From: an uncultured delta proteobacterium
GTDB taxonomy: Bacteria; Desulfobacterota; Binatia; Binatales; Binataceae
Assembly: GCA_963794325.1 (NCBI GenBank)
Contig: CAWCDG010000003.1
Location: 192,001 to 256,000 of the forward strand
Direction of reading: 5' to 3'
DNA: 64,000 nt
Translations under genes and position numbers: made by a program
The notes under the pieces: model-generated
What the model saw: the letters and a program-made list of their open reading frames with translations, nothing else
Told to the model about the DNA's origin: nothing
The model's database searches: none
In this document: piece by piece, positions 32,068-41,046 of the stretch
How positions within the stretch are numbered: the stretch's first letter is position 1
How the letters are laid out: the number at the start of each line of letters is the position of its first letter

Positions 32068-32070
32068 CTA

Positions 32071-32091
32071 GTAGGGCGGCCCGCCCCACTA
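32071..32091. repeat. Solo REP-like half site between convergent genes
   Basis: GGCCCGCCCCACTA is the exact reverse complement of TAGTGGGGCGGGCC at 52583-52596. Confidence 0.5.
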
Positions 32092-32102
32092 TCAATACCC
32101 GA

Positions 32103-33467
32103 TCAGTGGCCCGCCCTTTCCAGCGCTTGCGGCGCGAGGAATGAGTTGTCCACCGTTCCCATGTCGATATACCAGCATTCGCGATCGGGCGCGGTCGCGC
32201 CGGGCATATAGACGACCGAACTCGCACCGGTCTGGAGATCTTCGTCCACCAGCCCCACCTGGAATATCCGCTTATATGGATAGATGGCGATTTTCGCGTC
32301 GGGCACCGGGCGGTCGCGATAAGTGTCGAAGGTCGCGATCGTCTTCCATAGCTTGCCATCGCGATCGTACTGATCCGACGCCGTGATGAACCATCCTTCG
32401 GAATCGATATAGAAGATGCGCTTGGGGATGCTCATATCCTGGCCCGGCTTCGCATCCGCCTCGATCACATACAAATGCCGCATCTCCCAGTTTTCCGGGC
32501 AAATTGTTTTGCCGCCATCGTACGGGCATTGCACCTCTGGCGAGTGGTCGGCGTGCACCGATGCCAGCATCTCCTTCTCACCGAGGAACCGGTAATTAAA
32601 ATCTTCGATCTTTGCTGAGAACCCGAAATACGAATCCGGATCGAGTGTGTTCGCGAAAGGGGCGGATCCACTGCCTCCGCCCGCGCCGCCGGCTCCCCCC
32701 GCCACGCTTCCGCCTCCACCGCCTCCGCCACCGCCAAATCCCGGCAGCGACCCGATACTGTCCGAGAGCTCGTTGGACCCCTCACGACGCAGGTGGCGCG
32801 TCGCGGGATTGTACACCCAGACGTTGTCGTCGATTTTTGGATCGATATGCCGCTGCCGCACCATCCCGTAACCGCGCAGCGACGACGGCTCCATGAACGG
32901 ATAAAAGCCGAAACGATAACGAATCCCGCTGGCGACGCCGTCGGGATCGGTTGGTATCGGCGGCACTTCGATACGGCCGATATTGTTGTAGAATGCGAAG
33001 TGCCCCACCGTGTAATAGCTAAGCGGCGTGCCGGTGGCGTGCTTCTCGAAGGTGGCGACCTCGGGAAAGCGCATGTCGATGTCGTCGCTGTAAAGCGGCC
33101 GGAAGCTGAAATTCCACATCACCTTGGTCGCCATCTGCGGATCGTTCGGATCGAGCAGCGGGAACGGCTGCCCCGCGACGTAACCCTTGAGCGTGCCGTT
33201 GGGCAGCAGCTGAACCTGGGGCGAGTACTTCTCGGTCGCGGTTTTGAACGGCGGCGGCCAGTCGAGCTTGTCGCTCGGCACGATCCGGAGCTGCATGCCC
33301 TCGCGCACCAATATGTAATTGCCCGGGCTGAGCAGGTCGATGACCTTTTCCGCATTGTCCTTGGTGATCACATCGCCCGGCTTGACCGCGGCCTGCGCCG
33401 GCGCGAGCGCGCACAGCATCGCCGCCAACAATGTCCCACTCACGATTCGCAACGGTAGCAATTGCAT
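32103..33467 (-). CDS. DUF1329 family secreted protein
   Basis: VKPGDVITKDNA, ATEKY, GQPFP...DP..A.KVMWN, WVYNP..R..RR, YDRDGKLWK. Confidence 0.8.
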   Translation of the reverse strand: MQLLPLRIVSGTLLAAMLCALAPAQAAVKPGDVITKDNAEKVIDLLSPGNYILVREGMQLRIVPSDKLDWPPPFKTATEKYSPQVQLLPNGTLKGYVAGQPFPLLDPNDPQMATKVMWNFSFRPLYSDDIDMRFPEVATFEKHATGTPLSYYTVGHFAFYNNIGRIEVPPIPTDPDGVASGIRYRFGFYPFMEPSSLRGYGMVRQRHIDPKIDDNVWVYNPATRHLRREGSNELSDSIGSLPGFGGGGGGGGGSVAGGAGGAGGGSGSAPFANTLDPDSYFGFSAKIEDFNYRFLGEKEMLASVHADHSPEVQCPYDGGKTICPENWEMRHLYVIEADAKPGQDMSIPKRIFYIDSEGWFITASDQYDRDGKLWKTIATFDTYRDRPVPDAKIAIYPYKRIFQVGLVDEDLQTGASSVVYMPGATAPDRECWYIDMGTVDNSFLAPQALERAGH

Positions 33468-33589
33468 ACGACTCCTTATAATTCGTCGGCGCCAATCAGG
33501 GGCGCGATGCGGCGCCTATCTTACAGTAGTTAGGCTGGTATCGAAAATATCTCTTGATTGGCCCTCCACCCGCTCCCTATGATCGAGTC

Positions 33590-34039
33590 ATGGTGACACA
33601 TGCTATTTCAAGGACATTTATTTTCGCGATCGCGCTTGTGGCGATCGTGTGTATCGCAGCTCGGGCTGACGCGCAGATGCGCCCGATGATGATTCCGCTA
33701 ACCACCACGATGGTTATCACCAAGCCGGCGCCCGGCGAGATCTACGGGAACAAGCAGGTAGTTACGATGGGCGTAAGCGGAAAGACCTACAAGTTCGTGC
33801 TCAACGACGCCTACGTCGACGATCCGCGAGGCATCATCCGTTGGCCGGACATCTGGCAGTTGGTCAGGCAGTACAAGCCGAACTTCAACGTCACCGGATT
33901 GGGCGAGGACACGTTTGCGAAAATGAAGCCCGGCGAGACTTTGACGGTGCGCGGGATGTTCTCCGGCAACAACCAGACCTACGAAGTGATGGGCACAGAA
34001 CCCGGCGGCGGCACTTTCGCCCCCGGCCAACACTACTAG
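33590..34039 (+). CDS. Secreted hypothetical protein
   Basis: Signal peptide ending ADA; promoter TTGATT-N18-TATGAT 6 nt before ATG. Confidence 0.6.
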   Translation: MVTHAISRTFIFAIALVAIVCIAARADAQMRPMMIPLTTTMVITKPAPGEIYGNKQVVTMGVSGKTYKFVLNDAYVDDPRGIIRWPDIWQLVRQYKPNFNVTGLGEDTFAKMKPGETLTVRGMFSGNNQTYEVMGTEPGGGTFAPGQHY

Positions 34040-34124
34040 AGTGTAGTCGTCAAGCAGCTCGCTGCTTGATAATCCGGGCGACGACTCCGGGCTTTAGGTC
34101 TTTCCGAGCCATCTTGAGATCGTA

Positions 34125-34217
34125 GGCGAGATGTTGAAGGAAGAGTTTTTAGCCGAATATGGCGTGTCGCAAAATCAGCTCGCGAAGACAATTGGCATAT
34201 CTCCGAATCGGATCGCC
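34125..34217 (+). pseudogene. HigA-type antitoxin (HTH) remnant
   Basis: Manual translation GEMLKEEFLAEYGVSQNQLAKTIGISPNRIA matches the HigA N-terminus; truncated where the SRPBCC gene ends. Confidence 0.7.
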
Positions 34218-34220
34218 TTC

Positions 34221-34679
34221 TTAACTCCCCATAATCACCGCTAGCTCGCGCTCCCGATACTCGAAAATCTGCGCGAGGCTCCGCGCGACGAACAGATGAT
34301 ACGCAATCTCGCCGAGCGGCCCCAGCGGCATCGCATACTCGACGCGATCTTTCACTTCCGTCGCGCCGCCGCCGACATCCCTGAAGAAATGGCTATGACG
34401 CCACAATGCGTACGGCCCTTTCTCCTGCACATCGACAAACTTCTTCGGCGGTTCGACGATCTCAATCCGCGTCTGCCAATGGACCGGCACGCCATACAGC
34501 CGAATCTGGTAATCGATCAGCGTCCCGGGATGCATGACTTCAGGCGGCGTCGAGAGAAATTTGAATTGCAGAAACTTCGGCGTCAGCCGCTTCAGATTGC
34601 GCGCATCGGAGAAAAATCTGAAGGTCTCGGCAATCGGCCGAGGCACAATCTGCGTGCGCTCGAGCGTGCGAACTTTCAC
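34221..34679 (-). CDS. SRPBCC family protein
   Basis: F.FFSDARNL..LTP, W.TRI....PP..FVD.Q.KGPY..W.H.H.F, D.VEY..P.G.LG. Confidence 0.85.
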   Translation of the reverse strand: MKVRTLERTQIVPRPIAETFRFFSDARNLKRLTPKFLQFKFLSTPPEVMHPGTLIDYQIRLYGVPVHWQTRIEIVEPPKKFVDVQEKGPYALWRHSHFFRDVGGGATEVKDRVEYAMPLGPLGEIAYHLFVARSLAQIFEYRERELAVIMGS

Positions 34680-34788
34680 GTGGTCGAGCGTATTGGATTC
34701 GACGCGGTGAATCACCAGACCGCCGCGCCGAACGGTAGTGCCCTGATTTGAATACTAGAATGACAAACTACGGTGAGGTATCGGAGGG

Positions 34789-35178
34789 TTATATAAGGCT
34801 GAGCAGGACAAAGATTATGCCGATGGTCGCGACGTTCCAGACTATCGAGCGGACCAGCGGGACGCCGAAGGCGTAGAGCGGCACGTAGGCCACACGGCCC
34901 CAGAAATAGAGTTGCGCGCCCCACGCGGTCATCCAGTTGTGGCGGCCAATGACGTTGGCAACCAGGATCGCCGCGACGAATAGCGGAAAGGTTTCCCTGA
35001 AATTGCTCAACGCGCGTTCGAGCCGCGCGGCGACGCCGGTGAGCGGCGGCATCGCCTGATCACGCGCGCTGGCCGCCCACCGGTATCCGTACTGGACGCT
35101 GGTAGCGTGCGCGCTCAGGACGATTTGTACCAAGCCGAGCGCAGCACTCAACGCGAGCATCTGAAGTTCGATGGTCAT
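34789..35178 (-). CDS. MAPEG family protein
   Basis: R.ERALSNFRETFPLF, GAQLYFWGRVAYVPLY..GVP..RS..W. Confidence 0.85.
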   Translation of the reverse strand: MTIELQMLALSAALGLVQIVLSAHATSVQYGYRWAASARDQAMPPLTGVAARLERALSNFRETFPLFVAAILVANVIGRHNWMTAWGAQLYFWGRVAYVPLYAFGVPLVRSIVWNVATIGIIFVLLSLI

Positions 35179-35337
35179 GATTTCAGTGCGGTATTTTGCC
35201 GCGTCCTTTTTCAGAGAGTAATGCTCTCGATTCAAATTAGGACAGTACCCGCCGAACCTCACAAGTTGTGCCGCTATCCGCGCGTAGTGTAACTTTGTAG
35301 GCTCAAATAAAGGAAAAAGCAGCACAAAATCGGGTAA

Positions 35338-37035
35338 ATGAAAAAACTTACGGGAGCACAAATCGTTATCGAGAGCCTCATCGCCGAAGGCGTCGATGTA
35401 ATCTTCGGCTATCCCGGCGGCGCCATCCTGCCGACTTACGACGCGCTACTCGACTCAAAAATCAAGCACGTTCTGGTCCGTCACGAACAGGGCGCGACAC
35501 ACATGGCCGAGGGCTATGCCCGCGTCAGCGGACGCCCCGGCGTCGTGCTGGTTACCTCAGGCCCTGGCGCGACCAACACCGTCACCGGAATCGCCGACGC
35601 GTACATGGACTCGACTCCGATGGTAGTCCTGTCGGGTCAGGTTCCCACCACGATGATTGGCAACGACGCTTTCCAGGAAGCCGACTTCGTCGGTATCACG
35701 CGGCCGTGCACCAAGCACAATTTCCTCGTCAAGAACGTCAAGGACATCTCGCGCATCATCAAGGAAGCATTTTATATCGCCGGTAGCGGACGTCCCGGTC
35801 CGGTCGTCGTCGATTTGCCCAAGGACGTGCAGCAGGCCGAGCACACTTTTCATCTCTCCGAGAAAGTTGAGCTGCGCGGCTACAAGCCGACGATTCGCGG
35901 CAATCCCCGGCAAATCGAGCGCGCGATCGAAGCGATCGAGAAAAGTTCGACACCGCTCTTCTACGTCGGCGGAGGCGTGCAGTGGTCCGGCGCGGCGTCC
36001 GAATTGCGCGAACTGGTGCGAGGACTGGGGATTCCAATCACCGAGACGCTGATGGGACTCGGATCCTTCCCGGCTTCCGACCCGTTGCGGCTCGGGATGC
36101 TCGGGATGCATGGTTCGTACGGTACCAACACCGCGGTCTGTAACACCGACTGCCTGATCGCGGTAGGCGCGCGCTTCGACGATCGCGTCACCGGCAAGAT
36201 TTCCGAATTCGCACCGAAGGCCGAAACCATCATCCATATCGACATCGACCCGTCGTCCATTTCGAAGAACGTCAAGGTGGATGTTCCGATCGTCGGCGAT
36301 ATCAAGTCCGTACTCACAGACATGCTGACCCAGATCAAAGGCCGCGAGAGTATCGGAAAGCGCCGCGCCGAGTGGTCGAAATGGCATCAGCAGATTCTCC
36401 AGTGGCAGAAGGAGAAGCCGCTCTACGAGAACGGCAATCGCGGCGAGAGCGTCTCACCGCTCGACGTCATCGCCGAGATGCACAACATCACCAAGGGCGA
36501 CTGCATAATCGCGACTGACGTCGGACAGCATCAGATGTGGGTGGCGCAGATGTTCCCCTTCGAGAATCCGCGCTCGTGGCTGACCTCCGGCGGCTTGGGC
36601 ACGATGGGCTACGGATTGCCCGCGGGAATCGGTGCGACCTTCGCCGCGCCCGACAAGAAAGTAGTGGTCGTCAGTGGCGACGGCTCGATCCAGATGAACA
36701 TCCAGGAGCTGGGTACCGCCGTTCAATATAATGTGGATATCAAAGTAATCATCCTGAATAACTACTTCCTCGGGATGGTTCGCCAATGGCAGGAGAAGTT
36801 CTACGCCGAGCGGTATTCCTACTCCGCGATGTCGGTGCCGAATTTCGTCAAGCTGGCCGACGCGTACGGCATGCACGGCTTCCGGATCGAAAAGGCGAAG
36901 GATCTCGTCGCGACGATGAAAGAAGCATTCGCGACCCCCGGACCGGTGCTCATCGACGTCGTGATCCCGAAGGAAGAAGCCGTGATGCCGATGATTCCTC
37001 CGGGCGGCGCGATGTCCGAAATGCTCTTCGCCTGA
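35338..37035 (+). CDS. ilvB: Biosynthetic acetolactate synthase large subunit
   Basis: FGYPGGAILP, RHEQGA, TSGPGATN, DVGQHQMW, SGGLGTMGYGLP, GDGS..MN TPP motif, GMVRQWQ. Confidence 0.95.
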   Translation: MKKLTGAQIVIESLIAEGVDVIFGYPGGAILPTYDALLDSKIKHVLVRHEQGATHMAEGYARVSGRPGVVLVTSGPGATNTVTGIADAYMDSTPMVVLSGQVPTTMIGNDAFQEADFVGITRPCTKHNFLVKNVKDISRIIKEAFYIAGSGRPGPVVVDLPKDVQQAEHTFHLSEKVELRGYKPTIRGNPRQIERAIEAIEKSSTPLFYVGGGVQWSGAASELRELVRGLGIPITETLMGLGSFPASDPLRLGMLGMHGSYGTNTAVCNTDCLIAVGARFDDRVTGKISEFAPKAETIIHIDIDPSSISKNVKVDVPIVGDIKSVLTDMLTQIKGRESIGKRRAEWSKWHQQILQWQKEKPLYENGNRGESVSPLDVIAEMHNITKGDCIIATDVGQHQMWVAQMFPFENPRSWLTSGGLGTMGYGLPAGIGATFAAPDKKVVVVSGDGSIQMNIQELGTAVQYNVDIKVIILNNYFLGMVRQWQEKFYAERYSYSAMSVPNFVKLADAYGMHGFRIEKAKDLVATMKEAFATPGPVLIDVVIPKEEAVMPMIPPGGAMSEMLFA

Positions 37036-37052
37036 ACTAACGAGGTGCACAT

Positions 37053-37598
37053 ATGGCCGCGCGCGTACCTTATCTGAATCGCGAGGATCTACCCGAAGCC
37101 GACCGCGTCATCTTTGACAACCTCGCCGCCGAGCGCGGCGGCACCGTCGGCAACATCTTCCGCGCACTGGCGCATACGCCAAACCTGCTGCGCCGCTTCT
37201 GCCAGATAGGCAGTGAGCTTCGCAACAAAACAGAGCTCGATCCAAAGCTCCGCGAACTCGCCATCTGCACCGTAGGACGCCTCACCGATGCGCAGTACGA
37301 GTTCGTACATCACTGGAACCTCGCGCGGCGCGTCGGCGTCTCCCGCGAACAGCTCGAAGCACTTGCCGACTGGGAAAAATCTCCGACCTTCAACGACCAC
37401 GAGCGCGTCGTGATCCGTTACGCCGTCGAGGCGACCAACAACGTCCGCGTCACCGACGCCACCTGGAACGCGCTGAAGGCATTCCTCGACACACGCCGCA
37501 TCATGGAACTGGTCCAGAACGTCGCCTTCTACAACATGGTGGTGCGCGTGCTGGTCCCGGTCGGCGTCGAGTTGGAGCCCGGCACCACAAAGCAATAA
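37053..37598 (+). CDS. Carboxymuconolactone decarboxylase/AhpD family protein
   Basis: MARVPY, NIFRALAH.P, LRELAI..V, YEF.HH, FYNMV.R.L. Confidence 0.8.
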   Translation: MAARVPYLNREDLPEADRVIFDNLAAERGGTVGNIFRALAHTPNLLRRFCQIGSELRNKTELDPKLRELAICTVGRLTDAQYEFVHHWNLARRVGVSREQLEALADWEKSPTFNDHERVVIRYAVEATNNVRVTDATWNALKAFLDTRRIMELVQNVAFYNMVVRVLVPVGVELEPGTTKQ

Positions 37599-37695
37599 CC
37601 GCGCGCCACTTTTTTATTTGACATCGCGGTTGAGCGAATGCGACTTTTTTCGCAGTTGCGCTGATTCGACCTGTCAGTCGACGGGAGGTTGAGCC

Positions 37696-39393
37696 ATGGC
37701 GGAATTCGATGTTGTCATTCGCGATGGAATGGTGGTGGACGGAACGCGGATGCCGCGCTTTCGCGGCGACGTCGGGATCAAGGACGGTCGAATCGCCAAG
37801 ATCGGCCGGCTGCGTTCCACCGACGCCGCGAAGACCATCGACGCGTCGGGACTGATCGTCGCGCCCGGCTTCGTCGATCTGCACACCCACTACGACGCGC
37901 AACTGTTCTGGGATCCCTACTGCTCGATCTCGAGCTGGCACGGCGTCACCTCGGTCGTAATCGGCAACTGCGGGTTCGGCTTCGCCCCGGTGCGTCCCGA
38001 GAGCCGCGAGCGCGCGATGCTCACGATGACGCGCGTCGAAGCGATTCCATACGCATCGATGAAGGCCGGGATGCCGTGGGATTGGACCACGTTCCCCGAA
38101 TTTCTCGACAGCATCGATCGCCGTCCCAAGGCGGTGAACATCCTGCCGTACGTTCCGGTCTCGCCGCTGCTGACGTGGGTGATGGGTCTGGAAGCGGCCA
38201 AGACGCGGCCGCCCACCGAAGAGGAGACGCGCGAGATTTGCCGCCTGCTCGACGAGGCGATGGACGCCGGCGCATGCGGATGGTCCGCCCAGCGCCTCGA
38301 CCCGAAAGGTCCCGCATGCGTGCAGCGCGACTTCGACGGCACGCCGATGGTCAGCGACCTGATGGCCGACGAAACCTGCCTCGCGCTGGCGCGGGTGCTC
38401 GGCCGGCGCAACGAAGGCTTCATCCAGATGACGCTGGTGAGCGCCGATCCGATGCACGACCTGAATCACTTCGAGCAGCTGGCCGAGCTTAGCGGACGGC
38501 CGGTGCTCTACAACGTCGTGCAGCCTCGCGACCAGCATCCTTATGTGCATCGCGGGCAAATGCAGTGGCTCGAGAGTTGTCGCAAGCGCGGGCTTCCCGT
38601 GTATGGGCAAGCGGTCACCAGCGACACCGGGATGCTGTTCACGTTCATCGACTGGAACCTGTTCGACGATTCCCATGCGTGGTGTGACGCCACCACCGGC
38701 ACCAGTGCGGAGCGGATGGCGAAGCTGGCGGACCCTGCCCGGCGCGACGCGCTCCGGGTCAGTCTGCCGCGGGTCATCACCGAGGAGTTCGATCAGATTT
38801 TCGTCGTGCAGGTCGCGCGCGGCGACATGAAGGAATACGAAGGGCTCACGCTGCGCGAATTCGCCGCTCGGACCGGCAAGCATCCGGTGGACGCGATGCT
38901 CGATCTGGCGGTCGCTGACGAGCTTCGCACCGAGTTTTACGCGCCGGGACCCAATAAGAACATGGATTTCATGAAGGAGATGATCGACGATCCATACCTG
39001 ATTCCCGGGGTTTCAGACGGCGGCGCGCATACAAAATTCTTTACCGGCGGACAGTACCCGACTGAATTTCTCGCGTGGCTCGTGCGCGAGTACCAGATGC
39101 TGAGCCTCGAAGATGCGCACTGGCGACTGAGCGCGCTGCCCGCGATGTGCGCGGGATTCAGCGACCGCGGAGTGCTCCGCGAAGGCGCGCCCGCCGACGT
39201 TGTGATCTACGACTACGACAAACTCGCGATGCGCCCGGTCGAAATCGCCCACGACTTCCCCGGTGGCGAATGGCGTCGCGTGCGCAAGGCGGACGGATAC
39301 AGGTACATAATCGTCAACGGAGAGATCACGATGCGCGACGGCGAAGAGACGGGCGCGTCGGCGGGAAGGCTGCTGCGCCACGGCAAAGCCTGA
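37696..39393 (+). CDS. N-acyl-D-amino-acid deacylase family amidohydrolase
   Basis: VAPGFVDLHTHYDAQ, HGVTSVVIGNCG, SDGGAH, DRG.L.EG..AD. Confidence 0.88.
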   Translation: MAEFDVVIRDGMVVDGTRMPRFRGDVGIKDGRIAKIGRLRSTDAAKTIDASGLIVAPGFVDLHTHYDAQLFWDPYCSISSWHGVTSVVIGNCGFGFAPVRPESRERAMLTMTRVEAIPYASMKAGMPWDWTTFPEFLDSIDRRPKAVNILPYVPVSPLLTWVMGLEAAKTRPPTEEETREICRLLDEAMDAGACGWSAQRLDPKGPACVQRDFDGTPMVSDLMADETCLALARVLGRRNEGFIQMTLVSADPMHDLNHFEQLAELSGRPVLYNVVQPRDQHPYVHRGQMQWLESCRKRGLPVYGQAVTSDTGMLFTFIDWNLFDDSHAWCDATTGTSAERMAKLADPARRDALRVSLPRVITEEFDQIFVVQVARGDMKEYEGLTLREFAARTGKHPVDAMLDLAVADELRTEFYAPGPNKNMDFMKEMIDDPYLIPGVSDGGAHTKFFTGGQYPTEFLAWLVREYQMLSLEDAHWRLSALPAMCAGFSDRGVLREGAPADVVIYDYDKLAMRPVEIAHDFPGGEWRRVRKADGYRYIIVNGEITMRDGEETGASAGRLLRHGKA

Positions 39394-39411
39394 AGCAGCG
39401 CGAATTCGTCG

Positions 39412-40077
39412 ATGGTCAAGACGTTCAATTTTTTCAAGCGCAAGCCCGGCCTCAGCGTCGAGGACTTCCGCAACTACTGGCTGAACGAACACGCCGCGAT
39501 AATTCGCGCGATCCCCGAGATACGGAAATACTTCGCGTCGATCACGCTGCCGTCGGCCTACCGCAATCGCGAGCCATTGTACGACGGAATCTCCGAGGCG
39601 TGGTTCGAGGACGAAACCGTGATTCGCGCTACCGCCGATTCGGCACCGCGCCGCGCCGCGCACGCCGACGACGCGAAGTTCGTCGATATGTCAAAGGTCG
39701 GCGCGATCATCGTCGACGAAATCATCCAGAAAGAGGGAACGCTCGCCGACGGCGCAGTGAAAATGTTCTCGCTGCTAACGCGCAAGCCCGGCACCGACGT
39801 CGCCACGTTCCAGACATACTGGCGAACGCATCACGGCCCGCTCGCCGCGAAAATTCCGCAGGCACGCCGCTACGTGCAATGTCACGTGAGGACATCCTCA
39901 TATGATGGCGGCAAGACGCCGCGCTACGACGGCGTCGCAGAGCTGTGGTTCCACAATTTTGATTCGGTGCGCGATTCCGGCAACACCGAAGAGTATCGCG
40001 CGGTGAAAATCGACGAGCCGAAATTCCTCGCGCTCCCGTTTCCATTCATAATCGCCTCCGAACACCGAATCGTGTGA
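39412..40077 (+). CDS. EthD domain protein (tandem repeat)
   Basis: Two RKPG....F..YW...H...YDG..E.WF units. Confidence 0.85.
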   Translation: MVKTFNFFKRKPGLSVEDFRNYWLNEHAAIIRAIPEIRKYFASITLPSAYRNREPLYDGISEAWFEDETVIRATADSAPRRAAHADDAKFVDMSKVGAIIVDEIIQKEGTLADGAVKMFSLLTRKPGTDVATFQTYWRTHHGPLAAKIPQARRYVQCHVRTSSYDGGKTPRYDGVAELWFHNFDSVRDSGNTEEYRAVKIDEPKFLALPFPFIIASEHRIV

Positions 40078-40436
40078 CACTCGCGCACCCAGATTTCTAC
40101 GAACAGGGAATCGATCTCTTCAATGAGGGCCGCTTCTTCGAATGCCACGAAGCATGGGAGGAAATCTGGAAGCGCTCCGAGGGTGAGGTCAAACTCTTCT
40201 ACCAGGGATTGATTCAAGCCGCCGTCGCAATTCTCCACGCCCAGCGCGGAAACCTCGAAGGCGCACGATCGCTATACGAGAAAGCGTCGGCCAAGCTCGA
40301 CAAGATTCCGCACGAGCACATGGGCCTCGCAGTAGGCGAACTGCGAATCGAGCTGCGCGAGTTTATAGAAATCGCAACCCGCGCCGACGGCAGCGCGCTG
40401 CCAAATCCGCCGCACTTGCGACGGCTCCCAAAATGA
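40074..40436 (+). CDS. DUF309 domain protein
   Basis: GIDLFNEGRFFECHEAWEEIW...FYQGLIQAAVA..H..RGN..GA. Confidence 0.85.
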   Translation: MTLAHPDFYEQGIDLFNEGRFFECHEAWEEIWKRSEGEVKLFYQGLIQAAVAILHAQRGNLEGARSLYEKASAKLDKIPHEHMGLAVGELRIELREFIEIATRADGSALPNPPHLRRLPK

Positions 40437-40448
40437 ACCGCCCGAATT

Positions 40449-41026
40449 ACCTCTCCCGCGGCTGGCGACTCTGCCGACAGCCGCAAACCAGGAGAGGTCG
40501 TCCGACGATACTATCGTCGGAGGGGTGAGGGCGCTCGTATCGAGCACAATGCGAGCAGCTCGCCTGCACCGAGGCGCGACCTCACCCTTTACGAGAGGTA
40601 TACTGCGAACGATGCGAACGAAACCGCCCACCGATCCCATAATTCTCGATCGCGCCCGCCATATGCGGCGAGAAATGACCGAAGCTGAGCGTAAACTCTG
40701 GAGCATTCTCCGAAATCGGGCTCTGGTCGGCGTCAAGTTCAGGCGACAAATGCCGATAGGGAATTATATCGCGGACTTTTGCTGCGTTGACCATCGGTTG
40801 ATCGTGGAATTAGACGGCGAGCAACATGCCGAGCAAGAAGCCGCGGACGAATCCAGGAGTCGTTTTTTGGCCAAAGAGGGATTTCGGGTGCTGCGCTTTT
40901 GGAATGACCAGGTGCTGAGTGGCTCGGATTTTGTGGCGGCGGAAATACTTGCGGCTATCACTAATGACGAGCGGGCGCCCTCACCCGTCGCGCGAGGCGC
41001 ACGACGACCTCTCCGGGGGGAGAGGT
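40449..41026. mobile_element. Putative nuclease-carrying REP-like element: DUF559 gene between inverted hairpin + GGGTGAGGG repeats
   Basis: Left 40449-40538 ACCTCTCC...GGAGAGGTCGTC-hairpin-GGGTGAGGGCGC; right 40967-41026 is the same design on the opposite strand. Confidence 0.55.
40612..40972 (+). CDS. DUF559 (Vsr-like PD-(D/E)XK) endonuclease domain; no stop codon, in frame with tilS
   Basis: RARHMRREMTEAERKLWSILR...KFRRQ.PIG.YIADF...LIVELDGEQH...D..R..FL...GFRVLRFWN. Confidence 0.88.
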
Positions 41027-41046
41027 GTAAGAGTAATCTCGTCACA

